From: Oikopleura dioica
Lineage: Eukaryota; Animalia; Chordata
Direction: 5' to 3'
NCBI GenBank assembly: GCA_907165135.1
Contig: OU015569.1
Span: 8,246,001-8,310,000, forward strand
DNA length: 64,000 nt
The notes below the pieces were generated by a model. It was not told the DNA's origin and ran no database searches. It saw only the letters and a list, made by a program, of their open reading frames with translations. The position numbers and the translations under genes are program-made. The number at the start of each line of letters is the position of its first letter. Within the stretch, counting starts at the first letter, position 1. Below are positions 1 through 13,400 of this stretch, piece after piece.

Positions 1-992
1 ACCATCTGAATAAGAGTCATCGCGAGTTTGGCCGATTTCGATTGCTTTTGTCCGTTTTGGAAATATGTGCGTTATTTGTTTTTAATCAAAAATTGCTCTT
101 TATTTATCGAAAACATAACTGAGCTCCACTATCAAGTTGTTTTAATCTGCTGCGTGTTCGTTTATAAGTCAGATAGACGCCAAAATTAGCAATGATGACA
201 AAAACCAAAGGCACCAGCATTGAGACCGCATAAGTTATCATCGCTATGTCTACTAAAGGTTTAGGTGTCTGCTCATTTCAATTGTCGTAAAATCTACTCT
301 TCAGCCCTAATCTTGTCCTGTTGCGCCAAGGACAATTAGCCCTAGCGAGTGGCGAAAGAATGCCTTCTGCTGAATAAGAACAACGGTTACAGCCGAGAAA
401 ATTAGCCAAATCAACGATATTGATATTATTGAGAAATTCTTCATCTTTTTAACACTGAACGTAAAAGAGCGAAGAACAAGAAATCGCTCGATCGAATGAA
501 ATGTCAGCGAATAAATTGAAATCGAGATTGCGCAGAACATTGCACCACCAAGTGTCTGCCTCAAGAGTGCATTACTCTCTTCTCTTCCTATGGCGCTTTC
601 TTATCAATCTTGTTAATTATCTTCTTGCTATAGTTCTGTACCTTGTCGGCTTACGCTTCCCCTAGTCTCGAGTCTCTGAAGGACAAGTCCCTTAAGATAT
701 ATGAAACCAACAAAGGAATATAAATGATTCCGATGAGCAAGTCAGCAGCAGAAGTAGAAAGCTTGAAGTTATAGACGTAGTTTTTGCGCATCCTCCTAGA
801 GCTCATGTAGATATAAAGAATAAGTCCATTGACGAATAAAATTGCAAGTGCCAGCAACGATAATAAAGCCAAAATAACAATGACAGTCGTCTTTGCTTCT
901 GTAGTTAGGCACTGCTGGAAAGCGTTGAATTCTTTCGTAACTGAGCTATCGAAAATACAGTCTTGTAGATCGTTGAAAGGGATAAAATCCAT
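1..992 (-). CDS. Class A (rhodopsin-like) GPCR, multi-exon, 3' end runs off the window
   Basis: TM1 with N (ILFVNGLIL), TM2 'STSAADLLIGIIYIP', TM3 ending 'SIYSLTFHSIERF' (D/ERY-like), TM4 Trp 'LIWLIFS'. Confidence 0.8.
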
Positions 993-1929
993 ACTTCATC
1001 GAGTAACTTTGTTGTTTTCAGAAGTATAAATGTTTTTGAATAATTACTATTCCTGTAGTAATAAAAATCCAAGCTAAGATTCTCGAATTTACTTGCGCTT
1101 AACGTATTGCTTTTGTAGTTTCACAATGAAATGACCTTTTTGCGTAAGATTTAGCTTGAAACATTCCAAAAATCATTCTCACACCCGTCGATCACGTTTG
1201 AATTAAAGCCTCCATCGCATATTCTGCTGTAAATGTGATCGCGCAGCGGGGTAGTAGCGTATGTTCGAGCAGTACACTCACTTTTGAAGGCGTCAGTTGG
1301 ACAGTCAGGGAGTTCCCGTAGTAGAAGCAAGTACCAGCTTACTGGCTCAACGTACTGGAGCCGACTAAACGCAACTACGATAATCGTTTACCATGAATTG
1401 AATTTAACCTAAACGCGTCCGGCAAATCCGCACAAGTGCAATTAAAACAGCTCACTCGACCTTCTTCTCTCAGAATCTCCCAGTCCAACTCAGTCCATCC
1501 CGGGTAAAAAATCTCCTCAGAAATCATAAAGATATATTATTCTAAGACGAGCAATTCAAAAGATGACGCCCATTGTTGAGAAGATTTAACCTCATTTACG
1601 CAGTTGAACCATAACGACCGGATGCTCAAACGCATCAATCATCGTTGTGTTTTTATGAATCCTGATTGCAATTAATTGAATTTTATTTGTTCAGTTCGCA
1701 ATGGTAGCAGTAAATATTGTGTTAGACAGAAAAGAGTTGTTAAAGGGTCTTCGAATGTATCAGGCTCGAGTGTACTCGATACTTATTCCTCGGACTTTTG
1801 GCACGTTAGTGAAATTGTTGAGGCGATTTGATAGGCGTCACAGAAAAAAAGAAGAAGAGAACAAATTGCATCAGAAAACGTTTTGTTAAATCATTGAGCC
1901 CATGTGTAGTAATACTCATATCAAATATT

Positions 1930-3204
1930 TTAAAGCGAATGCAGCAAAATTAATGTGGCAATAGAAGCTGCACAACTGTAAATTGCAGCTGAGGAACCCT
2001 CTGGCTCGGGCTCTGCGTCAGAGTCCTTATCTTCCTCCGCGTCCTTCTCAGAATCAGTTTCAGGCTCAGGTTCTGGCTCCGCCGCCGGGTCGTTTTCATC
2101 GGCGTGGTCGTGTCCTTCTGGGTGATTGCCATGATCGTGCTCATCCATCATTGTTTTGGAATAATGAGTGATTTTGCGTTCATTTAATGGCTGCAGCGCT
2201 CGGAAGTTATTTTCTAGGGTTTTCCCTTCAGCGTCCTTGTGTTTATTATTAAATAAAGAAATATAGATTGACTAGAAGTCCCTCGGAGAGTAATAAATAT
2301 CAGATCTTTGATATAAGGCTATATAGGAACCTTTGTGAATCGATTCATAAACTCCATCGTACTTTTGGTTATTTTAATCGGCTCGTTAAAGACCGTCCAT
2401 ACAACTGCTTCATTGCATGTCGGTGTGGTCAAGCTTCCCTCATATCTTTGCCGAAAATTAGCTCAGTTAGAAATCTCGAATAATACCTGTAAAAGTCTTT
2501 TAGTTCAGCTGGCAATAACTTGTCCATTGAAAAATCACTAATTTCTTTTTCTGATTTTGCTTCTTCGACATTATTAGCGACGGTTTTTCTGATAAAATCA
2601 TCGAAGGGGCCTTCGTCATTTGCTTCTTCACTGTCGATAAAAAATCCAAGAACGGCGAGGCCATCATTATGAGCAAGTGCTTCTTTTAACCCTCCATACT
2701 CTGCTTTGAAATGAACAATGTGTAGTTCGGAGTAGAAACGTTTTCCGTTCAGCACGTGTTCGGAGCCACCTTCTTCTGCACTTCCCCAGTGAAGATGAAA
2801 CTGAGCGAGCATGTAATCGTTACCAAGAGCACCTCCGCTCACTTTGATACTAAACTTCTGGGTGAACATTTGTGTCGACGAGGAAAGGACTTACTCTGAT
2901 GATGAAGGGGTCATTTTGATGGTGTATCCTGAATTCATCAATGTCCAGTTGCCGGCGGCATCATAATTGACTCTTTCTAAAGGAATGTGCTTTTTATGCT
3001 CCATATCTCCAGTCAAGTCGATTGGACTTTGTTTGCTCCCAGAGCAGTCGGGAGCCTCCCAATTGGCACCTTGCTCTATAAATTTCCTTTTCAAAAGCAA
3101 GAAATTCCAACAAAATTACCAGCATAAGTCCAGGCAGCACGGCGATGCCTATTTCCATTCACTGATGCAACAGGAACTGCTAGCGACAAATATTCAAATT
3201 TCAT
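1930..3204 (-). CDS. Alpha carbonic anhydrase, secreted/GPI-anchored type
   Basis: Signal-like N-terminus, WTY, QSPIDL, QFHLHWG, GSEH and ELHIVH (three Zn-ligand His), [16 protein letters not shown] and NNFRALQP motifs. His/acidic linker and hydrophobic C-terminal tail. Confidence 0.93.
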
Positions 3205-4036
3205 ATTCTAAAATGAGAATGGTTTCAACTAAAAGGTTATTAGTATTTTTGCAATGCAAAGCGAAATTTTATGGTATAAAGAAAAATTTTAAAATTTCGA
3301 TTTGCTTTTTTTGTCGCAGATTTTGTCGTATTTCTCTTAAAATGTGTGTTGCTGGATGAACCCTATTGTTGATCGGTAGATGAGAATATCATTTGGCGCC
3401 GCTGGCAAAGTAGTGGCTTGCATTCTGAGTGGCACAATTTTAATCAACTGGCAGTCACTCAAAGCATTCTAGCTCTCTATTCTGTGGGATGTGGGAGCTT
3501 GCTGATTTGTGATCGGCGACAGCAATAGGCGCAGTAAAGAAAACTCAAAGGTCAGCGCTCGCTTGATCAAAGGAGGAAGTAAAAAGGGATGGAGAAAATC
3601 AGGGAGAGGCTGGGCCGCAGGCAGGCCAGATCAGAGCCATTCAGTACTAGCAAGCTTGCCAGGCGTAGTGAAATCGTGTTTTGTGGTACTGAAGCCACCT
3701 ATCTTCATCAATAACACGTTAATTAGAGCTACCTGGCGAAGATAAAAACTTTTAAATTTTAAATATTTTAGTTTTAAAATTCTCGAAAGAAATACATTTT
3801 TGTTCGAAACGTAAATAACAGTAAAAAAATTCGAGAATTCTTGAATGTCGTCGAATACGTGAAATGATTGATGGTGAGGGGTGTGTGTTCCGCTCTTTGC
3901 TTCTATGTGTGTACGTTGCCTTGATTCTAGTGCCAAGGGTTCTAGTGCTAGGCTGGGAAGAGCTGTAAATTTTATGCCAAAGCTATCAACAGTCAACTAA
4001 ATCCGTCTGAGTATGGCACCTAGCTTAAATAAACCA

Positions 4037-5995
4037 ATGACTTTAAAAACAATGATTCCAACGTTTATATTATTTTTTGTGAGCACAGAGGCAGCGAGTT
4101 GCAATGCACCAGGGAGGTGAACTCACTAAGAATGATTCGAGTGAATGTCCGCCTGTTTACCTTCTCAGAGGACTGAAAGTTGAGTGCGAGCAGAGATGCA
4201 TGCACAAATGGAAGACGTGTTTTACTGGGTGCCCAAAGATGGACCTTCGAAATCGACAACGCTGCCATCGAAAATGCGCAGAGACATTAGTTATCTGCAG
4301 AGATGACTGTCCTTGTAATGCGAAGTGCTCCGCAGGATGTCCTTGTGCACGGGGAACAGGGTTTAAATAACGATATTTTTCACTATTCCTAACAATCACT
4401 TACCCAAACAAGTTCAATTGCTGTGAGAAAACAGAGACTGCAGCGAGGAAATGCAAAACGTTGGCTCTATCAACTCAAGGAGTCTGTCTTTATGGATGCG
4501 ATATATTTGATAGAACTTGCTTCAAATCCTGCTACAAGCAAACAATCAGAAATATTCAAGCATGTTTTTGCCACCTACCATGTTTCCAAGGCTGTGGATG
4601 CCATAAAAAAGTTTCTACAAGACAAATATAGAGTGTCATTTTAAATTAATCATTTGTGGAATTTTGCTAAAAGTGGTGCAGAAAGTACAAAAAACGCCGC
4701 TTGAGCACAGAAACCGAACCAGCTAAACAGTCTCACGTGCAAAATCATCTGTCAACTTCAGTCTCGACGACTGTTCATACTTCAATAATTATGTCAAAGA
4801 AAACAACGACGATCTCAACGACTTCAACAACAACTCATGTGGTGGAGACTATTCCTACAAATTTTACTCCCTCAAGAACGACATTTCTACATGAGTCGCT
4901 AAATAATTACAACATCTCTGTCGATAGTATCTTTGTGGATGCGATTCTAGTCATTTCTTCCTCTAACGCATTTTTGTATCGATGGATGGAGAGCAATGAA
5001 GTTGGCGGTGAAAGGATAGGAATATTTTCTATTTGAAATCCATTCCAGAGAAATTATTTAGATATCCTTCCTAAGTGTAGACCAGTTGAAGATTTCTTCT
5101 GATGGTTACAACCAGTATGGATCGTGTTCTGCCATTTACAAAGGACATGCTTTGTTCTTCGGTGGACAAGGGCGTCTCGCACGTTCAATTCACCTCTTAA
5201 CCGGTTGTTCTATAATTCCGATATCTGGAGAACTGCCCATACCGATGAGTTTTCATTCTTGCTCAGTAAGCTTCGACGCTGTTTACCTGTGCGGTGCATG
5301 GGAAGATAGGAGAGCTTGCTACATCTTTGACGATGATAGAATTAGAGCGATTCAAGGCACTAAAAGTGGGCATACACTTGCGGCTATGGTCACTTACAGA
5401 ATGTACCCTGTTATTATCGCTGGCCAAGACGTGTACGACGAATATACAAACAAAGTAGAGGTAGATTTGGATATTCTCCCTTCGAGGATATAAAAGCGCT
5501 AAGGTTTATGGAGGGTATGAATGGAATTACGGAGCAGACCTACCAACAAACTTACGTTTTCATTCTGCTATTGCTATCCACGAGAAAATATTCGTTTTTG
5601 GAGGCTACTTTTATGGAATCAAGGTGCTCGTCTAATTCATTAGCCCTTGATGGTTATTTTTCAGGACTTCGTCATCGAGTATGACGGATACAGATGGCGA
5701 CGCAGATCAAGTTTAGTCGAACCACGTTATGACCATTCTGTATGTTTTCAATTGTAGCAGCAATCACAATTTTTCAGAGCGTTCGAATCGGATCAAGAAT
5801 CTTTCACGTTGGATCGTCACGAACAAACATGCCTATTGAAAGCTGGGATGCAATTTCAGATGAGCGAAAAGATAGTTCCAGTTATTTGTACGGTGTCAAG
5901 CGACCATTTCTTCTGCCTGTCAAATTCTCAGGTATGCTCCGTAGATTATTTCAAGTTTGATTGTCTTCCTTTTAGACTTTGGCTCCTGCTTCTAA
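4037..5995 (+). CDS. Secreted protein: two Cys-rich (CPC...GCPC) modules, Thr-rich linker, Kelch-like beta-propeller
   Basis: Signal peptide MIPTFILFFVSTEA; 'CRDDCPCNAKCSAGCPC' and a second 'CFCHLPCFQGCGC' module; Kelch-like units (ALFFGG, VYLCGA, IIAG, IFVFGG, IFHVG). Confidence 0.7.
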
Positions 5996-6039
5996 CTCAA
6001 CAAAACAACAAAGAAAAACTCGAATGTGTATTGAAAATT

Positions 6040-8525
6040 CTAAAAGATCGGTGCTCCAGGAGAGAGTATTGACTGCATATAATCTTCGTATTCATCCTCT
6101 GACAATTTCACGTGCTTTCCAGTTCCTTTCACCATCGCGGCGAATGCAGCTTTATTCACCCATCGGTACTCGCCAGGGAAATCAATCTGGAATAAATTTC
6201 TTTCTACCATAATTGTCTTAGACTTACATCAAACATAGCTTTTCGCTGATCGTTGGTCAGCTTCAGTACTTTCCTTTCTCCCTTTTTCGTGATTTTACAC
6301 TGGTAAAGATAGGCAGAGAAAACACCGTCGCAGCAAATTTCATCTTGTTCGTTATAAACACGCTCTTTCCAGCGGGTAACGCTGCAGCAGCTTTTCCCAC
6401 CCTGGAGTAGTTGTTGATTGCAGCATCCATCGGGAAATGTTTCAAAGCTAAAACGGGTAATCGTCTGAATTTTAGATTCTAAAATGAAAGAACTACAGAC
6501 CTATATGCAACAGCTCCACAGCAAAACTCATTTCTTCGTTTTAGATCGCCGCGTTTGTATATTCTTGAGCCACAGCACTCATACTTGTTATGATTATAAA
6601 CTGTTTTCTTTTGTTCGCAACATTTAGCTCCTGGGTATCTAGCTTGCGCCTTCCCTCCGCAACAGATCTCCGATGACTTTTCTTTGGGAGCTCTTGCCGA
6701 TTTCGTTTTTGCTAGTTAAAGTCAGATGAAACCTCCCAATCTTTTTTCCCTCGCAGCATTCGAATTTTCGCTTGTTCAACACCTCGCCGGCACAGCAAAT
6801 TTGTTTTCGTTGGAAGAAGGGACGCGATTCGCAACACGAGTCTCCCGACACTTTGTGATAAGGTCGGCCTCAGTCAATAGGATTAAAATCATTAGCATAA
6901 AATGAATTTTCAGTCTTTCTCTCGCTTGAAGATTTAGATTTGAACCCTTTCCCGCAACAAATTGCTTTGTCTATATTTCTCATGTCTTTAAACTCTCCGA
7001 GTGGAACGTTTTGAATACAGGAGTCCGCGGAAAACTTAGTAACATAACCTACAAACTCTCTCGAAGATCCCAGCGGTCCGATTATTGTTTTTCCTTCTTC
7101 TTTAGTTTTATCAATAGCGGATTGAACATGAACTCGAGGGGCTGGCGTCGTAGTTCAGAGTTCAAGAACTAACTTCAAAATGGTACAGGGAGTCCCCGGT
7201 AGCCGAGTGAAACGCTTAGCGTCGGCCTATGATATCGGCCTTTGGCGTCGGCAGGTTAAGTAGTTGCACGAATTCTATTTAGATACTTATGATATTGAAC
7301 TCTGCCGTGAAAAATTCATGTCGATAAAAATCCTTCTGAGGTACTTTAATAGGTGCAGCTGGAGTTGTTCCAAGAGGACTCCAGTTCTCCATTCGCTTTT
7401 CGATTTCCTTGAGTTCTTGTTCGCTTTTCTGTCTTGGAGGAATTTCGGGGCACCTAGTAGAAAGAGTAATTCAATCTACATTCAAGATAAGAGACTCACT
7501 TGTCCGATCTCAATTGAACATCGTCAATGGCAATGTCTGGAATATATCCTCCTCCACGGCGGGCAATAAGCGCGAAAAGCACTGTTTTCCAATCCTTTTC
7601 TTTCTCCAAATCTGGTTTTATGTTTAGAGATGCATATTTCCAATCGAAACGATCGTTTGAAACATCCGTGTTCACTTGGAAGAGACTGCTCCATCCCTCT
7701 GCGTTTTTATTCTTTGGATTTTTATTGATCAAAACTTCGAATTTTGAGGGTTCTGATCCCGATCGCCCATAAATGTGATACCAAAAACTTAAGCAATAAT
7801 ACTGTCAAAAGTGAAAAAGACTGAAGCAATTTTATGAGTGAAATATTTTTCAATTTTCCTGTGAGTATATGAGATCCATTGATTCGGTGAATAGAATGTA
7901 AGAAGTATCTTTGAGAACGTCGTAATTAGCCGTCGTTATAAAACTGCCGACGACGGAGTAGTAAGTATGATCGATAGAAGGCCCAGTCGAGATAGGACTG
8001 AGATCGTTGCTTACCAAGATTTAGAAATCGCAAAATTGATCGACCAGTCAAAAAGGGAAACAAATTACGATCTGTGAATCTTATCTTTGCGAATATACCA
8101 GTTGCCTGGTTTCGTTCCATCAAGTATCCTAGTCGCCAACGAGATATCTTCTTTTATGCTATCACTGAGGACCTCTTTCGTCATCCAGCTCTCGCAGAGA
8201 CCTTTGTCAAAAGTGCAGCTCCAGCCAGTCACAACTTCCCTTTCTCTCTGTTCCGAATCCACAAATACTTTCTCCATTACACGGCTATTTGGTTTCGTTA
8301 CAGGATAGTTGATGAGAAAATGGCCCAAATCCCACATCGACTCTGGATCAAACAGGGATGCAAAACATTATTATTGCTGCTAACTTTGTTAAATTCGAGA
8401 TAGACAAGATTTGAATCCCTTCAAACAAATAGGCCGTCCGTGTCTGTACTCTGCAAGACTCCATTGCGAAACTGCGGCTTCAGACTCGCTGCTGAAACAA
8501 TTAAAAAGTAGAAGCAAGCTTTCAT
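6040..8525 (-). CDS. Secreted MAM-domain protein with tandem di-Cys (galaxin-like) repeats
   Basis: MAM motifs 'WSCTFDKGLCESW', 'YCLSFWYHIYG', 'DIAIDDVQL'; repeated ICCAG/ECCEG/ICCGG/KCCE/ECCG units; signal-like MKACFYFLIVSAAS. Exon limits approximate. Confidence 0.7.
7156..7304. mobile_element. 149-bp insertion bounded by perfect 10-bp inverted repeats (MITE-like)
   Basis: CAGAGTTCAA at 7156-7165 and TTGAACTCTG at 7295-7304. It interrupts the Thr/Pro linker of the MAM gene (FFT | TTTPAP). No TSD visible. Confidence 0.45.
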
Positions 8526-9007
8526 CGTTAAATTTTTCAAATTCTAAGATGCTGGAGTAATGTGCAAACAAGCACTGATTAGCTCCGGGTCAGTGTAGCA
8601 GCAAAATATTTATTTCTTTAAAAATCATCGCTTTTCCAACATTTTGGAAACTCGAAAGGTCAACCGGTATTTTTTGTTGATCCAAACAAAGAATAATAAA
8701 ATTCAGCTTCATTTTTTTCTGCTTAATTTTATTTATTTTTCAAAACTTTCATAACCTAGTCTCGTAAGCGAAATTAAATCCGTCTTAGATTTTGCTAAAA
8801 AGGATCGAGCTTTCTCGATTCTCGATTTTAACTGTTGCGATCGTAAAATCGCCCTTCAACAGAAAAGCAACCTAGTGGCAGTAGACTTAGTCTCGCAGCT
8901 CTTTTTTCCCGCATGACTAAATTCCGCAAAAAAGAGCCATCTAGATTTTTAAACTTATGAATTATTAATATAATTAAAAGAGAAAAAAAAAAGAAAAAAA
9001 AGAAAAT

Positions 9008-12000
9008 ATGGAGCAGTTGCTCGAAAATACAGCTCAGCTGAGCCCCAGGCTACTGATGGAGCTTTATCTTCACCCGAAAAATATGGAAAGAACCCTGGCC
9101 CAGAGTGTGCTGGATTTTTCATGAAGAGGCCGAAATTTTAAATGAAAAATAAGTGAAGGAAGCCATAGTTCTCAGTCAAAATCAGATCTTAAAATTTTTG
9201 CGTTTTTTCAATTCAGTGAATAAAGAATTCTGAATTTCGAGTCTTCTGAAAGGGAGGATATTCAACAGAAAGTAAAAAGAAGAAGAGTTCGAAAGGAAAA
9301 CTCTGACGAGTAAGTCATATCACCGTTTTTGATATTAACGTCTTCTTTAAAAGCTACCAATCTGGAACGACTAATAAAGTCGAAAAACCATTCAAGAATC
9401 GCTTCAACAGCGAGAAAACTATTGAGGATGAGATGTTCATCGAGTTCCTTAATATTCTCGATGACAAGCTCCTCGGAACATCGGGATACTGGAACATGCG
9501 TCGCGACTGGAAGAGCAACATGACGAACTTTTCGGGCTCGATCACGAGAGACCTCGAAAGAATCGTTAAAAAACAGCTGAGACCTTATGACAACGAGTTC
9601 AAACTGTCAGCTAGTGACAAGAAAATGCATGAGTACAATTATGTCATCAGGTAAAGTTTTGTTTGTATGTAGTTTCAGCCCTGAATTGAAGGGAGCTTAT
9701 GATGTGGGCCGTCGTAAGCAATCGAAAGGAAAAGCTAGAACTGATTATCAACAAAGCAGCGAGCAAATGCTTCGACGAAAGCAAAGCTGGTCAAACCGAC
9801 GAGAGTGCCCATTTCGAACCTTTAAAGTACTATATCCAGGCCGCAGTCATGGCAAGAAAATGCATCGACCTCTGTGAGGAGGTCTGCCTCACAGGTGTTC
9901 AGGACCGATACAAGGAGCTAGCAAACGAATACGAAGATAAGTCTGTAGATTTAATAACCGAAATAGGAAGGGTAACAATACACTCGAAGATTATTTTTTA
10001 AAAAACCTAAATTCATTTTCTATCTTTTGAAACCCCCGTCAGCGAAAGAAAATGGAGAATTTGCTCTTATCGGAATCCGACAGCGTATGGCTAACTTGTC
10101 AAATCGATCGATTCTTGATTTGGCCTTTTTCGGCGACTTGAAAAAAGTCATGGCGACTGACACTGTTCAAGAACTTGTCACGAAAATTTGGTACGGAGGA
10201 ATAGAACCAGAGGGAAGATGGGGACCGCTGATTGCTGCTTGGCTGCTGCCGCCTATCGCGCCGCTAATGCTGCCTTCAGCCAACGATATTCATGTCGACT
10301 ACGATGCCCCCATTTTCTCTTGGAGCACACTCAAGAAGACCAAGAAGAACAAAACCGTATTTATTACTTACGACGATCTAAAGAAATAAGTAAAGCATTT
10401 AGAAAACGGACACTCGCGAACTAGGATACTTCAAGAAGCTAGCAATTTTCATGACAGCGCCAGTGACAACATTTTTCTATAACATTCTAATTTTCTTTGG
10501 CTTTCTGGCATTCTTCATTTGGGTCCTTATGCGAAAGTTTTGCCTACAGCCGCAGTGGCAAGAATATGTAGTTATTGTTACTTTGTTCGCCACGTGCATG
10601 GAAAGAGTCAGGAAGTTCATTGCGATGAGTGGTTGCACAGGAACGGCTTTCGGCATACACTGACAATGATTGATAGCAACTAACTACTAGTAGCTCTCAT
10701 AAAAATTTGTCTTCAAATATTGGGAATATGTTGAAATGCTATATTTACGAGGAAGCTCGTTATAACCCAAGTGGCTCGCATCAGCAGATTAATAAATAGT
10801 ACGGCGACTTTGCTCGTCAAAAATTCTAATCTGTCTTCTCTCGCAAACATGGAGCTATTAAAGAATCGTGAAAGAGCTATAATTTCTGATGGCGCGCCTT
10901 ACAAATCATATTGACACGGACATAAAAACAAAACAACCGAAAAGCCTAATGCAAGTGAGGCAAAAGATAAACGGACTTCTGAACGATGGCTACAATTGGA
11001 TATACATGATCGCACTAGCCTTCTCTATCCTCGGTGTTATCTTCCGATATATGGTCAGAAGGGCACTGTTATTCATAAAATAAAACAAATTATAGGCTTA
11101 TCAGGCCATTCCTCCGGAAGAAGCTGAGCGGCTCTTTGGTGAAAATTCAACAGCAACTGAGAGCGAGCTGTGTCCACCGGTCATTTTAAGTAATGCGATT
11201 TACGACACAAAACTGGCCGACGAAAGCTTTTTTGAAGTGAACGTTTTGGTCAAGTGGGCTCACCTCTGCTATATGATTGCTTTCTTCATGATGTTCGTCT
11301 CGGCCCTGCAATTCTATGCACTAAATAGTCTTCTTGGTAAAAGACCGTATTCAATAGCCGATTTGCAAATTTGAATATTAAGGACCTCTTACAATCGCTA
11401 TCGGAGAAATGATCAAGGACTTTATTGTCTTCTGTGGAATTTTACTGATTTTCGTTGTTCCTTTCGGAATTATTATGATGTCTTTGTTGTATCCGAACGA
11501 GACAAGAGCTTCCAAGTATGAGACAATGTTCTTCAAGCCATTCATGATGCTCTTCGGTGAAATGTTCAAATCCGAATTATCAGACTACGCCTTCGAAACT
11601 GTTGACAACTGCATCCCGAACAGCCGTATCTTTCTTACGCCAAGGGGAGCGCCCAACGCCAACGACACCGAGATATTCAATCCCGAAGGAAATAAGGTAA
11701 ATCCAAAAGTTGGCTAAAATTGATAATCGCTTCTTTAGTACTCATATCTCCAAGATAAGATAATGACAGTATCAGGAGTGGAGGAAACTCACCCACTGTA
11801 CGATGTTCCCTACTATCGTCCAAAAAATTTACTTCCAAACAACTCGCCACTCTCAGTGTACGGTCTAATTGAGCTGCAATCGCTAAGAGACAACTTCGCC
11901 GTTCGTAAAAACGGACTTATAGTTGATGTTAATCTTTTCAAAAATGAAAAGACGAAATGGATGAGGTAAACAACAACAGTCAAAAAAGTGTTGATTCGAT

Positions 12001-12756
12001 TCTTTCAGCGTGAAATATGGAATTCCTGAGTTTCAAAATCTTGCAGGAGACGAAAGAGCTCTTTTTATTCCAAGCGATCCAAATGCTCAGAATGGCGATT
12101 TCTCGAGATGTCCTGAAAGAGTATGCTTTTGCATCGAATTTGAAACTATCTTGATATTTTAGTACTGGGTTAACTCGGTGTTCCTGATGTTGTACGTTCT
12201 CTTCGCTGTTGTCATGATTCTCAACTTGCTCGTTGCTATGTTTGCGACTACGTACTCGAGAGTGCGTGGAGACTCGTCTATCATCTGGAAGAAACAACGA
12301 TACAACTTGGTGATCGAATATTACAACAATCCTGCAAAGGTACTCGGTAATAGCTAGTTCTAGTTGTCGATTAATCTATTAAGCCAATAACACCACCACT
12401 GATCTTGTTCCTGGATTTCTACTGGTTAGTCAAATTCATGGTGCTTTGGCTGAGAAAGAGCACAAAGAGTTCTGCGCACAAAGAAGTCAACCACCCGAGA
12501 GTCTTGGGGCAACACTCTTTGCGCCTCCCACCTCTTTATATGGACGATAATCAAGATTTGTATAAAAAAATCTTCCAAGCTCTTGCAGTGATTGAATCCA
12601 AATACGCCAAAGAAAAAGACAAGGTAAGTATTGAAATCAGCCAACAACTCATTCCTAACTATTTAGCCCGTGAGCGTTGAAGATCTCGAGGAAATGATAG
12701 AAAGTCTTCAAGTTCGCGTGGATTGTCTGAAAGAACTCGAGTCGAGAAACAAATAA
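9008..12756 (+). CDS. TRPM-family cation channel, multi-exon
   Basis: MHR4-like 'MMWAVVSNR', 'VQELVTKIWYG'; S1 'APVTTFFYN'; S4-S5 'LGPLTIAIGEMIKD'; S6 'LNLLVAMF'; TRP box 'WKKQRY'; short C-terminal coiled coil. Confidence 0.92.
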
Positions 12757-13400
12757 GATCGAAACATGCAACTCTCTTCTACATTCAATCATTGTCACTG
12801 ATGTTAAAAATCTATAAATACGAAAAAATAAATTGTTAAATATTTTACGTCTACCCTCTTAAAACATTTAAATGAAGGGCTTACGCTGAGCGGAAGTAAA
12901 TAAAATCGACAGAGAAATTAAGTAAGGATGAGTTCAAGAACCAGGCGTGAAAGCTTGGAACTTACTAGAGAGGTAAGTTTTGTGGATAATCTTTGTGATT
13001 TGCGTCCATTCTAGTCACGTAACCGAAGTTTCCGCAAGTCAAGAAGATTCTTCGACTCTGAAAATTTGAAAAAGACTAGAAATGAAAGAAGTAAAGCACT
13101 TGTCAAGGGTTAAAAAAAGTATTTTTCGCAAATAAATAAGTAGAGATAAACCCTGAAAAAAGACGAATTCGACAATCACCCTGAAAGGGCATTTATCAAA
13201 GAAAAATTCCACGAGACTAAAAAACTTTTTCAAGAGATAGCTCTTGCACAACAATTTCTTCACAAACAAAGGAGATTCAGGAAGGCTGTGAAAGTCGAAA
13301 TCGAGATTTTTACATAAAATTTTCAATTGCATGTGCAACTATTTTTTCTCGAACTCGTGTTTTTTATATTTGTTATTTATTTTTCGAAATATTTTACTCA

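Noticed and set aside
1151-1527. Possible small two-exon Cys-containing gene on the minus strand
   Set aside because: Plausible frames, but no homology or firm junctions.
10380-10424. Apparent non-canonical intron in TRPM
   Set aside because: One missing A in an A-run would make it an ordinary GT-AG intron, so it was excluded from the structured-intron set.
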